From Verrucomicrobiia bacterium (GTDB lineage Bacteria; Verrucomicrobiota; Verrucomicrobiia; Limisphaerales; DSYF01), in assembly GCA_035765895.1 (NCBI GenBank), contig DASTWL010000010.1:7281-71280 (forward strand): DNA of 64,000 nucleotides, given 5' to 3'. Shown in pieces: positions 30,189 to 38,488 of this stretch (position 1 is its first letter; every line of letters starts with the position of its first letter). The position numbers were made by a program, and so were the translations under genes. Below the pieces are notes generated by a model. It was given only the letters and a program-made list of their open reading frames with translations, was not told the DNA's origin and did no database searches.

Positions 30189-30217
30189 TTGCCCGCGCAA
30201 ACGGCGTTCTTTATAGT
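30189..30217 (+). promoter_or_regulatory. Candidate sigma70-type promoter of the rpmI-rplT-pheS operon
   Basis: TTGCCC (30189-30194), a 17-nt spacer, then TATAGT (30212-30217), ending 32 nt upstream of the rpmI ATG. A purine-rich stretch gaagggaaacggaaag precedes the start. Pattern match only. Confidence 0.4.
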
Positions 30218-30249
30218 GCGCGCTCTTTTGAAGGGAAACGGAAAGATTT

Positions 30250-30468
30250 ATGCGTCGTCCAAAAGGTATTAAGACCAAGAAGTCCGTCGCCAAGCGGTTC
30301 AAAATCACCGCCACGGGCAAGGTGTTGCGCTCCAAGGCGGGCAAACGGCATCTGCTCCAAACCAAAAGCGCCAAGCGTCGGCGCGCGCTGCGCGGGGGCG
30401 GGCATTTGGTTCACAAACGCGATGCCCACCGCATCAAGGACGCCATGCCCTTCAGCCACCGGGGCTAA
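30250..30468 (+). CDS. rpmI: 50S ribosomal protein L35
   Basis: 72 aa, very basic: MRRPKGIKTKKSVAKRFKITATGKVLRSKAGKRHLLQTKSAKRRR. This is the canonical L35 pattern, and the gene is followed by rplT. Confidence 0.95.
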   Translation: MRRPKGIKTKKSVAKRFKITATGKVLRSKAGKRHLLQTKSAKRRRALRGGGHLVHKRDAHRIKDAMPFSHRG

Positions 30469-30492
30469 ATTCACTCAACCTGATTACCTACC

Positions 30493-30867
30493 ATGCGAGT
30501 TACCAACGCCGTTGCCTCCCGCAGCCGCCGCAAGCGGATGCTTCGCGCCGCCAAAGGCTTTCGCCTCAAGCGCTCCAAGCTTTACCGTTACGCCTCCGAT
30601 GCCATTGATCACGGCCAGCAATACGCCTACCGCGATCGCAAGACCAAGAAGCGCACGTTCCGCTATCTCTGGCAGGTCCGCATCAACGCCGCCGCCCGCA
30701 GCGCCGGCATCACCTACAGCCGCCTGATTGAAGGCCTGAAGGCCGCCAAGGTTGCCCTGGACCGCAAGGTCCTCGCCGACATTGCCGCGCAAGACGCAGC
30801 GGCCTTCGGTGAAATCGTCAAGGTCGCGCAGAACGCGCTCAAGACGAAGGCCGCGGCCAAGGCGTAA
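30493..30867 (+). CDS. rplT: 50S ribosomal protein L20
   Basis: MRVTNAVASRSRRKRMLRAAKGFRLKRSKLYRYA..AYRDRKTKKRTFRYLWQVRINAAAR is the canonical L20 sequence. Confidence 0.95.
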   Translation: MRVTNAVASRSRRKRMLRAAKGFRLKRSKLYRYASDAIDHGQQYAYRDRKTKKRTFRYLWQVRINAAARSAGITYSRLIEGLKAAKVALDRKVLADIAAQDAAAFGEIVKVAQNALKTKAAAKA

Positions 30868-30884
30868 TTGACGCAGTTTCTCAC

Positions 30885-30924
30885 AACGGGCGATCTGGCA
30901 ACAGGTCGCCCGTTTTGCTTTCCC
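30885..30924 (+). terminator. Intrinsic terminator/attenuator-like hairpin between rplT and pheS
   Basis: The 9-bp stem aacgggcga (30885-30893) pairs with tcgcccgtt (30906-30914) across a 12-nt loop, and the run continues as gttttgctttcc. It lies 18 nt after the rplT stop and 40 nt before the pheS ATG. Confidence 0.5.
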
Positions 30925-30963
30925 CTTCTGCCCCCCTTCCACTATCCTCACGCCTCAATTTCT

Positions 30964-32034
30964 ATGGGATTCCTCGACGACATTGAACCGCTCAAGCAGG
31001 CCGCGCTCGCAGAGTTGAACGCCGCCGCCGACCTGCCTGCCCTCGACGCCGCCAAAGGCGCTTGGGTCGGGCCAAACGGCAAGTTCACCGCGCTCATGAA
31101 ACAGATGGGCACGCTCGCGAAAGAGGAAAAACCGCTCGCTGGCAAAGCCATAAATGCCGCCAAACAGGAACTTGAGACCGCCCTTAATGCACGCCGCGAA
31201 GCGCTCGAACTTCAAGCCGCGCTGCCGAAGGAACCGACTGACTGGACGCTCCCCGGCCGCCGCCGTGCCGTGGGGCGCCTGCACCCGCTCACTCAAGTCA
31301 CCGACGACATCGTGCGCGCCTTCCGCAAACTCGGCTTCGTCGTCGCCGACGGTCCTGAAATCGAGGACGAGTATCATTGCTTCGACGCGTTGAACACGCC
31401 CGCCGACCATCCGGCCCGTGATTTGCAAGACACGTTCTACGTCGCCAACCCCTCACCCGCCCTGGCGGGCACCCTCTCCCCATCGGATGGGGAGAGGGAC
31501 GGGGTGAGGGGCAACCCCAAGCTCCCCCTCCTCCGCACGCACACTTCCTCCGTCCAAATCCGCGTGATGCAATCCCAGCCGCCGCCCATTCGCATCATTG
31601 TGCCGGGTCGCGTTTATCGCCGCGACAACGCCGACGCCACGCACAACCCGACCTTCCACCAGATCGAGGGGCTCTACGTGGACAAGCACGTCACCGTCGG
31701 CGATCTCAAGGGCACCGTGGAGGCGGTGTTCAAGGACGTGCTCGGCAGCGACGTGAAGCTCCGCTTCCGCCCGCACTACTTCAGCTACACCGAGCCGAGC
31801 CTGGAGATTGATTTCACCAATGCGCTTGTGAAGAAACTCGGCAAGGACTGGCTGGAGATCGCCGGCTGCGGGATGGTCCATCCGCAAGTCTTCGAGAACG
31901 TCGGCTACGATCCCGAAGTCTGGACCGGTTGGGCTTTCGGCTTTGGCATCGAACGCATCGCCATGCTCCGCTACGGCATCACCGACATCCGCCTGTTCTA
32001 CGAAAACGACACGCGGTTTTTGAGGCAATTCTGA
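30964..32034 (+). CDS. pheS: Phenylalanine--tRNA ligase alpha subunit
   Basis: The track ORF starts at TTG 30868. ATG at 30964 (MGFLDDIEPLKQAALAEL) matches normal PheS N-termini. Class II aaRS motifs: HPLTQV, FDALNTPADHPARDLQDTFY, LLRTHTSSVQIR, GRVYRRD, FHQIEGL, GCGMVHP, AFGFGIERIAMLRYGI. It contains an in-frame repeat insertion (see findings). Confidence 0.95.
   Translation: MGFLDDIEPLKQAALAELNAAADLPALDAAKGAWVGPNGKFTALMKQMGTLAKEEKPLAGKAINAAKQELETALNARREALELQAALPKEPTDWTLPGRRRAVGRLHPLTQVTDDIVRAFRKLGFVVADGPEIEDEYHCFDALNTPADHPARDLQDTFYVANPSPALAGTLSPSDGERDGVRGNPKLPLLRTHTSSVQIRVMQSQPPPIRIIVPGRVYRRDNADATHNPTFHQIEGLYVDKHVTVGDLKGTVEAVFKDVLGSDVKLRFRPHYFSYTEPSLEIDFTNALVKKLGKDWLEIAGCGMVHPQVFENVGYDPEVWTGWAFGFGIERIAMLRYGITDIRLFYENDTRFLRQF
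31449..31511. repeat. 63-bp nested GC-rich palindromic element embedded in frame in pheS
   Basis: Outer arms cccctcaccc (31449-31458) and gggtgagggg (31502-31511). Inner arms ccctctccccatc (31472-31484) and gatggggagaggg (31486-31498). Both pairs are perfectly complementary. The element is translated as NPSPALAGTLSPSDGERDGVRGN. Confidence 0.75.
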
Positions 32035-32044
32035 TCTGACTGCA

Positions 32045-32623
32045 ATGAACGCGAATCAACATGGGGAAGGCGCTTCATTTCTTCATGTATTGATGAACGC
32101 GATTGAGGAAAATAAACGATTCGCCCCAAAGTATAGAGCGGCCCGCAATCGTGATGAGCTATTGCTGGAATTTGCGGAGGCGCTCGTCCTGGCGAGCAGA
32201 TTTTTGGTGAGATCAGTCCAAGGCAAAGAAGATTTGAGGAGCCCGAATCTGCGGTTGTTTTGCGAGTGCCTTGAAATGAACCGCAAGGCACTTCTCGATG
32301 AATTAGGAGGCAAGTTATCATCTGACGAAGCGATACAAGTATATGACAATGCCGCAGCATTTGCTTGTGCCGTATTCGCCCAAATGTGCGGCTTATCAGA
32401 TTCGCAGAAGAAATCACTGCTACAAAACCTCGGCGGGGCGTATCTCAACAACTTAGGTCGGGAGACGAATGAGGCGTGCAGCCAGTTGTTAGAAATCGCT
32501 GGGATACCTCCCTCCCCGCGAAGTGTCGCCGAAATCGTAGTGTGCTGGGCCAAGAAACCTTGGTTGATTACAGAGCCTGACGATTTTCTCAAATGCTGGA
32601 AGGTGCTGCCGGTGATTGAATGA
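32045..32623 (+). CDS. Hypothetical protein, predicted all-helical and cytoplasmic; low-GC orphan gene between pheS and pheT
   Basis: ATG 10 nt after the pheS stop; 192 aa with protein-like E/K/L-rich composition. The antisense ORF 32083..32628 is S-rich and less plausible. I recognise no family motif. A hand count of the first 100 nt gives 46 G+C, clearly below the flanks. Confidence 0.65.
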   Translation: MNANQHGEGASFLHVLMNAIEENKRFAPKYRAARNRDELLLEFAEALVLASRFLVRSVQGKEDLRSPNLRLFCECLEMNRKALLDELGGKLSSDEAIQVYDNAAAFACAVFAQMCGLSDSQKKSLLQNLGGAYLNNLGRETNEACSQLLEIAGIPPSPRSVAEIVVCWAKKPWLITEPDDFLKCWKVLPVIE

Positions 32624-32700
32624 AGCACTCAGCGGTAACTGGATGATAATCGTCGGAGTTTTTCCCCGAATATCCCTCATTGACGAACGTCCCAAACAAG

Positions 32701-33612
32701 ATGCTCAACTCAAAACGAACCCTCGTTGCCGTGCTGATTGGATTTGTTCTCGCCTTTTTCACCATTACATCCGCCACCGCCGCGCCGCACGCCAAACACG
32801 TTTTCATCATCAGCTTTGACCAGGGCAATCCCGACCTGATTCAGCGCACCGACATGCCGGTGTTTCACAAGATGGCGGATGAAGGCGCGCGCACGTGGAG
32901 CGCCTACACCATTGTGCCCAGCCTCACGCTCCCCTCACACACTTCCATGTTGACGGGCGTGGGCGTTCAAAAACATCAGATCACGTGGAACAGTTATGAA
33001 CCCCAGCGCGGGCTGGTCAAGGTGCCCACCATCTTCAGTCTCGCGCATCAAAAGGGCCTGGTGACGGCCATGTTCGTGGGCAAGGAAAAGTTTGAGCACC
33101 TCGTGCTGCCCGGCAGTTTGGACGCGTTCGTCTGGCCCAAGGACGGCGACGACGCCAAGTCCGTGGCCAGGGTCTTCGCCAATGACGTGGGGAGACTCAA
33201 ACCCAATCTTTGCTTCATCCATTTCCGCGATCCCGACACGGAAGGCCATGCTCACGGCGCCGCCTCACCGGAAAAGATTCAGGCGCTCAAGAATTGCGAC
33301 GAGGCCTTGAAGACCATCCGCGACGCCGTGGACGCCGCAGGTTTGACCAAAAGTAGCGTGTTCATCCTCACGGCCGACCACGGTTCCCACGACATCAAGG
33401 ACAAGAACGGGAAAACCGTCGGCACGCATGGCTCACCGGACACTGCGGATGTCACCATTCCTTGGATCGCGTGGGGCAAGGGCGTGAAGCCGAATTTCAC
33501 CATCACCGCGCCCGTGGTCCAATACGACACCGCCGCCACCGCACTCTGGCTGCTGAATGTGCCGTTGCCGGAAAGCTTCTGGGGCCGCCCGGTAAAGAGC
33601 GCGTTCAAGTGA
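32701..33612 (+). CDS. Secreted nucleotide pyrophosphatase/phosphodiesterase (NPP, alkaline-phosphatase superfamily)
   Basis: The track start is TTG 32680. ATG at 32701 gives MLNSKRTLVAVLIGFVLAFFTITSATAAP (signal/anchor). NPP motifs: FIISFDQGNPD, VPSLTLPSHTSMLTGV (nucleophile Thr region), HFRDPDTEGHAHG, LTADHGSHD. Confidence 0.85.
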   Translation: MLNSKRTLVAVLIGFVLAFFTITSATAAPHAKHVFIISFDQGNPDLIQRTDMPVFHKMADEGARTWSAYTIVPSLTLPSHTSMLTGVGVQKHQITWNSYEPQRGLVKVPTIFSLAHQKGLVTAMFVGKEKFEHLVLPGSLDAFVWPKDGDDAKSVARVFANDVGRLKPNLCFIHFRDPDTEGHAHGAASPEKIQALKNCDEALKTIRDAVDAAGLTKSSVFILTADHGSHDIKDKNGKTVGTHGSPDTADVTIPWIAWGKGVKPNFTITAPVVQYDTAATALWLLNVPLPESFWGRPVKSAFK

Positions 33613-33721
33613 CGATGCTTCTGGAACGCCGGTCTTCGACCCGGCAGGCGCGAATTTTCGCTGGGTTGCCACGCGCCGCCCGATTACCCTCCCGGCCCGG
33701 TTAAAACCCGGTTTTGACGCG

Positions 33722-36178
33722 ATGAAAATCACTCTCAACTGGCTCAAGCAATACGTGGATTTCAACTGGTCGTCCGAGGAACTCGCGGAGCGGCTCACGC
33801 TGCTCGGCCTTGAAGTCGAAGGCGTCCACAAGGTCGCCGGCGAGTTTGATGGCATCGTCGTGGCGCAGGTCATCACCCGCGACAAGCATCCCAACGCTGA
33901 CAAGCTTTCCGTCTGCCGCGTCAACGACGGTCAGGGCGAACGCCAGATCGTCTGCGGCGCGCAGAATTTCAAGGCGGGCGACAAGGTGCCGCTCATCCTG
34001 CCCGGCGCGTCGCTGCCTTTGAAGGCGGGCGAGACGCAGCCGTTTACCATCAAGGTCGGCAAGATCCGCAACGTCGAGTCGCATGGCATGATGTGCTCGC
34101 ACGAGGAACTCGGCCTCGACCCGGAGAAGATCGGTCACAAAAAGGAAGACGGTCTGCTCATTCTGCGTGAGGACGCGAAGGTCGGCCAGCCGTTTGCAGA
34201 GTATCTCGGCCGTTCCGGCGGCGATGTGGTTTACGATCTCGAAATCACGCCCAACCGCCCGGACTGGAACAGCGTCATCGGCATCGCGCGGGAAATCGCC
34301 GCGCTAACTGGGAACGCATTGAAGCTGCCAGCGCTTCCTGCCGTCAACGCTCAACCATCAACCCTCAACTCCTTGGTCGGCGTTCGTCTCGATGCGCCCG
34401 ATCTTTGCCCGCGTTACACGGCCCGAGTCATTCGTGGCGTGAAAGTCGGCCCCAGCCCGGAGTGGCTCCGTTCAGCGCTGGAGAAGGTCGGCCTGCGCAG
34501 CATCAGCAACGTCGTGGACGTGACGAATTTCGTGATGCTCGAAACCGGTCAGCCACTGCATGCGTTTGATTATCATCTCATCACCAAAGGCACGGACGGG
34601 AAACCAACCATCGTGGTGCGCCGCGCGCAGCCAGGCGAGATGTTCATCACGCTGGATGGACAGAAACACACGCTGAACGCCGAGAACCTGCTCATCGCCG
34701 ATGAAACCAAAGGCATCGCGCTGGCCGGCGTCATGGGCGGCCAGAACACGGAGATCAACGAGCAAACCGTGGACATGCTGCTCGAATCCGCCTACTTCGC
34801 GCCGTCGAATGTCCGCCGCACGAGTAAGACGCTCGGGTTGCGCACAGATTCCAGCTACCGCTTCGAGCGCGGCTGCGACCCGAATTGGGGTGTGGATTTC
34901 GCGAGCCGTCGCGCCGCACAGCTCATCCTCGAAACGGCCGGTGGCCAGTTGGCCGAGGGCTTGGTGGACGCGTATCCGCAAGCCCTCAAGCCAAAGGAGA
35001 TTTCATTACGCTTCGCCAAAATCACAGAACTGCTTGGTATTACGATTGAGCCGGAACAACAGTCCAAGTTTCTCACCAGCCTCGGCTTGGCTGAAGCCGG
35101 AACGCGCACACCACAATCCGCGACCTTCTCCATCCCGACTCATCGCCCCGACCTCAAACGCGAGGTGGATCTCATTGAGGAAATCGCCCGGCTCTACGGC
35201 GTGGACAAAATTCCGGCCACGGCGCCGCGTGGTGCGCATGGTGAAAACGCTTTCGATGCGATCTACGATGAAATCGCCGCCGTTCGCCGGCTGCTCATCG
35301 GCCTCGGCTTGAATGAAGCCCAGGGGCAGACGCTGATTGGCAAATCCGAAGTCCGCAATGCTAAGGTCGAGGAGATTGTCGAACTGGCCAACCCGCTCAG
35401 CGCCGACATGGACGTGCTCCGGCCCAGCCTGTTGCCCGGCTTGATCCACTCAATGCGGCACAACGTCAGCCGGAAGAATTACGACGTGGCATTATTCGAG
35501 GTGGGACGCGTTTTCACCAGTGTGAATGGCCAGACAAAGGAGGAACGCCGTGTGGCCATTGCCATCACCGGCAATCGCGCGCTCAATTTCTGGAGCGGCG
35601 GTGAGCGCGATGCCAAGTTCGACGCAATGGATCTCAAGGGCCTCGTCGAGGATGCGCTCGAGCACTTCGGTCTGCGCGGCGTGCAATTCAGCAAGCGGGC
35701 CGAGAGCACCGCGTTGTTCCTCGAATCCGCCACTGTCGCACTCGGCGGCAAGCTGCCGCTCGGCGAGCTCGGCCAGTTGCTGCCGACGCTGGCGAAGAAG
35801 TATGACCTGCGCGACGCCGTCTTCCTCGCGGAACTGAGGCTCGACGAACTCATCGCGCGCGGCAGCCGCAGCAAGTCATTCAAGGCGCTGCCGCAATTCC
35901 CCGCCAGCCGCCGCGACATCGCGATGCTCGTGCCGGAAGCCACGACACACGACGCCGTGCTCGGCGCCGTCAAGCAGGCCAAACCCGTGAATCTGGAAAG
36001 CGTGGAGTTGTTCGACGTCTTCCGCGGCAAGAACGTGCCGGAGGGGCAGAAGAGCCTCGCCTACGCGTTCACGTATCGCGGCGCGGACAAGACGCTCACG
36101 GACGCCGAGGTCAACGCCGCGCATGCCAAAGTGGTGGAGGCCTTCAAGGCCAAATTGCAGGCGACGGTGCGGGAATAG
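33722..36178 (+). CDS. pheT: Phenylalanine--tRNA ligase beta subunit
   Basis: 818 aa. N-terminal tRNA-binding domain MKITLNWLKQYVDF..HPNADKLSVCRV. B3/4 and B5 regions (CPRYTARVIRGVKV, GVMGG). C-terminal FDX-ACB-like end FDVFRGKNVPEGQKSLAY. Confidence 0.95.
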   Translation: MKITLNWLKQYVDFNWSSEELAERLTLLGLEVEGVHKVAGEFDGIVVAQVITRDKHPNADKLSVCRVNDGQGERQIVCGAQNFKAGDKVPLILPGASLPLKAGETQPFTIKVGKIRNVESHGMMCSHEELGLDPEKIGHKKEDGLLILREDAKVGQPFAEYLGRSGGDVVYDLEITPNRPDWNSVIGIAREIAALTGNALKLPALPAVNAQPSTLNSLVGVRLDAPDLCPRYTARVIRGVKVGPSPEWLRSALEKVGLRSISNVVDVTNFVMLETGQPLHAFDYHLITKGTDGKPTIVVRRAQPGEMFITLDGQKHTLNAENLLIADETKGIALAGVMGGQNTEINEQTVDMLLESAYFAPSNVRRTSKTLGLRTDSSYRFERGCDPNWGVDFASRRAAQLILETAGGQLAEGLVDAYPQALKPKEISLRFAKITELLGITIEPEQQSKFLTSLGLAEAGTRTPQSATFSIPTHRPDLKREVDLIEEIARLYGVDKIPATAPRGAHGENAFDAIYDEIAAVRRLLIGLGLNEAQGQTLIGKSEVRNAKVEEIVELANPLSADMDVLRPSLLPGLIHSMRHNVSRKNYDVALFEVGRVFTSVNGQTKEERRVAIAITGNRALNFWSGGERDAKFDAMDLKGLVEDALEHFGLRGVQFSKRAESTALFLESATVALGGKLPLGELGQLLPTLAKKYDLRDAVFLAELRLDELIARGSRSKSFKALPQFPASRRDIAMLVPEATTHDAVLGAVKQAKPVNLESVELFDVFRGKNVPEGQKSLAYAFTYRGADKTLTDAEVNAAHAKVVEAFKAKLQATVRE

Positions 36179-36285
36179 CCGGTGCGGGGTGCCGGGCGGC
36201 GGCCAAATTTTGCGCAATTTTTGGCAGAAGCGGGTGAGCTTTTTGCTCCTGCTCCATCAACGCTGTGTCAAAACATAACTGCCGC

Positions 36286-37593
36286 ATGAGTCAGCCCATA
36301 CGTTTCGACCTCGGCCAGGCGGATCTCCCGACGCACTGGTATAACCTTAACGCCGACTTTCCGGAACCGCTGCCGCCGCCGCTGCATCCGGGCACGCGCG
36401 AACCGCTGCCACCCGAGGCGTGGCACGCCATTTTCCCGGAGAACCTCGTTGCCCAGGAAGTCAGCCGCGATCGCTGGATCGAAATCCCCGAGCCGGTGCG
36501 CGACATCTACGCGCGCTGGCGGCCTTCGCCGTTGCTGCGCGCCACGCGGCTGGAGCGGGCCCTCCAAACCCCCGCGCATATTTACTACAAGTATGAAGGC
36601 ACCAGTCCGGCTGGCAGCCACAAGGTCAACACCTCGGTGGCGCAGGCGTATTTCAACAAGATGGCGGGCACCCGCCGGTTGGCGACGGAGACCGGCGCGG
36701 GCCAGTGGGGCGCTTCGCTTGCACTCGCCTGCAAATTGTTTGGTCTCGAGTGCAACGTTTACATGGTCAAGGTGAGTTATCAGCACAAGCCGTATCGCCG
36801 GATGTTGATGCACACGTGGGGCGCCAGCGTGCATCCCAGTCCCAGCGATCAGACCGACTACGGCCGCCGGTTGCTGCAGGAGGATCCGCATTGTCCCGGC
36901 ACGCTGGGCATCGCCATCAGCGAGGCGTTGGAAGACACGGCAAAAAATCCGGGAACCAAATACGCCCTGGGCAGCGTGCTGAACCACGTGATGCTGCACC
37001 AAACCGTCATCGGCCTGGAAGCCATCAGGCAAATGGAACTGGCGGGCGAGGCGCCGGATGTGATTTACGGTTGTGCGGGGGGCGGCAGCAATTTCGCCGG
37101 GCTGGCTTTCCCGTTCATCCGACAAAAGCTCGCCGGCCAGTCCCGATGCCGCATTGTGGCCGTGGAACCTTCGGCCTGCCCTTCCCTGACGCAAGGCGAA
37201 CTGCGTTACGACTTCGGGGACACCGCCGAGAGTTCACCGTTGCTGCTCATGCACACACTCGGACACAAGTTCATGCCGCCGGCCATCCACGCCGGCGGGC
37301 TGCGTTATCACGGCATGTCGCCGATGGTCAGTCATGCGCTGAAACTGGGCCTGATCGAAGCGGAGGCGCATCATCAAACCAAGGTGTTTGAAAGCGCAAT
37401 GCTCTTCGCGCAGAACGAAGCGGTGGTGCCGGCCCCGGAATCCGCCCACGCCATTCACGGCGCGGTGCTGGAAGCGATTCGCGCGCGCGAAGCCGGTCAA
37501 AAGCGGGTAATCTTGTTCAACCTCTCGGGCCACGGACTGCTCGACCTGAGTTCCTACGAAAGCTACCTGACCGGAAAACTGCAAGACGTGTAA
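36286..37593 (+). CDS. trpB: TrpB2-type tryptophan synthase beta-like PLP enzyme
   Basis: The track start is GTG 36265. ATG at 36286 gives [35 protein letters not shown], a typical TrpB2 N-terminus. PLP-lysine region [16 protein letters not shown]; GGGSNFAG loop. Confidence 0.9.
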   Translation: MSQPIRFDLGQADLPTHWYNLNADFPEPLPPPLHPGTREPLPPEAWHAIFPENLVAQEVSRDRWIEIPEPVRDIYARWRPSPLLRATRLERALQTPAHIYYKYEGTSPAGSHKVNTSVAQAYFNKMAGTRRLATETGAGQWGASLALACKLFGLECNVYMVKVSYQHKPYRRMLMHTWGASVHPSPSDQTDYGRRLLQEDPHCPGTLGIAISEALEDTAKNPGTKYALGSVLNHVMLHQTVIGLEAIRQMELAGEAPDVIYGCAGGGSNFAGLAFPFIRQKLAGQSRCRIVAVEPSACPSLTQGELRYDFGDTAESSPLLLMHTLGHKFMPPAIHAGGLRYHGMSPMVSHALKLGLIEAEAHHQTKVFESAMLFAQNEAVVPAPESAHAIHGAVLEAIRAREAGQKRVILFNLSGHGLLDLSSYESYLTGKLQDV

Positions 37594-37609
37594 CCGCACA
37601 CGCCGCTCC

Positions 37610-38446
37610 TCAACCCGTTTTCTTTGTCCGGCTGGAGGGCCGGCGCGCCGCCGGCTTGCGCGGTTTCAGATCCAGCCCCGGCAGTTCGTTCGTTGCGCCC
37701 GCTGACGACGGCGGTGATTCCGGTGGGGCCGCCGACACGACGTCTGCCGCCGCATTCGGCGCCGTGGCGCGGGGCGGATTGATTTTCAACTGCCCCACGA
37801 GCACGGCCCCCGGCTCCACCATGAGCGAGGTTGCTTCCACATCGCCAAACAGGTGGCCCGTGGCTCGCAGCACGACCGGCCCCGGAATGCGGACATTCGC
37901 CACCAATTCGCCGGCAATCTCCACCGACTGCACGTCCAGCGGCTTGGGCCAGGCCATTTTGACGCCGGCGGGAATCAGCAAAAGCCCTGCTTTGAACGTG
38001 CCCTTGAAGTCCGCCGGGGCATGGATCGTCAGCGTCCGGTGCGCGTGCAGCTTGCCGAGGAATCGCCCCTTGATGATGGCGTCGCCCACTTCGGCTTCGG
38101 TGTTGAAAACGTAGCCCTTTTCGCCGATGACAAAGGTGCCGTGCGTGCGGAAATTTTTCGAGACCGCCTGATTGATGGTGTAGTTCCGCAGATCAATGTG
38201 CGCGCTGCACCGCTTGCACATGGTTGATTCCGCCTCTGCCGCCACGGCCAGCAACGTGCCGCATTGAAAGCAGGTGACCTGCCGCGTGTCGTGATGGCGA
38301 ACCTCCCGATCCGTCCGGGGCCGCAGCACTTCCTCCAGCCGGAAATGCTGCCGGCACTTTTTGCAGACCGTGGAGTAACCGTCGCGGGGTTCAAGCTGCA
38401 CGTGCCCGCAATGCGGGCACGCGACATTGATCTTGTCCGGCTTCAT
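37610..38446 (-). CDS. Bactofilin-domain protein with two N-terminal CxxC...CxxC zinc-ribbon modules and a Pro-rich basic tail
   Basis: The two ribbons are ACPHCGH..VCKKCRQ and TCFQCGT..MCKRCSA. A beta-helical bactofilin-like core follows (FVIGEKGYVFNTEAEVGDAIIKGRFLGKLHA..GHLFGDVEATSLMVEPGAVLVGQLKI). The C-terminus is PPESPPSS..KPRKPAARRPSSRTKKTG. Confidence 0.85.
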   Translation of the reverse strand: MKPDKINVACPHCGHVQLEPRDGYSTVCKKCRQHFRLEEVLRPRTDREVRHHDTRQVTCFQCGTLLAVAAEAESTMCKRCSAHIDLRNYTINQAVSKNFRTHGTFVIGEKGYVFNTEAEVGDAIIKGRFLGKLHAHRTLTIHAPADFKGTFKAGLLLIPAGVKMAWPKPLDVQSVEIAGELVANVRIPGPVVLRATGHLFGDVEATSLMVEPGAVLVGQLKINPPRATAPNAAADVVSAAPPESPPSSAGATNELPGLDLKPRKPAARRPSSRTKKTG

Positions 38447-38488
38447 GCACCGAGGCAGTCAGCGGCCTGCGGGCGCAGTGGGAACAAT

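Noticed and set aside
30041-30727. 228-aa plus-strand ORF spanning the rpmI/rplT region.
   Set aside because: It overlaps, out of frame, the unmistakable L35 and L20 genes. Its composition is A/P/S/R-rich.
32083-32628. 181-aa minus-strand ORF as an alternative coding strand for the low-GC insert.
   Set aside because: Its translation is S/N-rich with irregular composition and runs against the operon direction. The plus-strand frame gives a balanced, helix-forming sequence starting 10 nt after pheS. This remains unproven without homology or expression data.
32035-33721. Calling the low-GC pheS-pheT insert a mobile element or genomic island.
   Set aside because: No integrase, transposase, tRNA attachment site, or terminal direct or inverted repeats are visible. 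Only the compositional shift supports foreign origin, so it is reported as a finding and not annotated as mobile_element.
34351-34372. tcaaccatcaaccctcaactcc in pheT (translated QPSTLNS), which resembles the proA repeat and suggested a second in-frame repeat insertion.
   Set aside because: There is no exact repeat or palindrome here. As far as I recall, the PheT segment between the preceding block and the conserved CPRY motif is no longer than in E. coli, so there is no evidence of an insertion.
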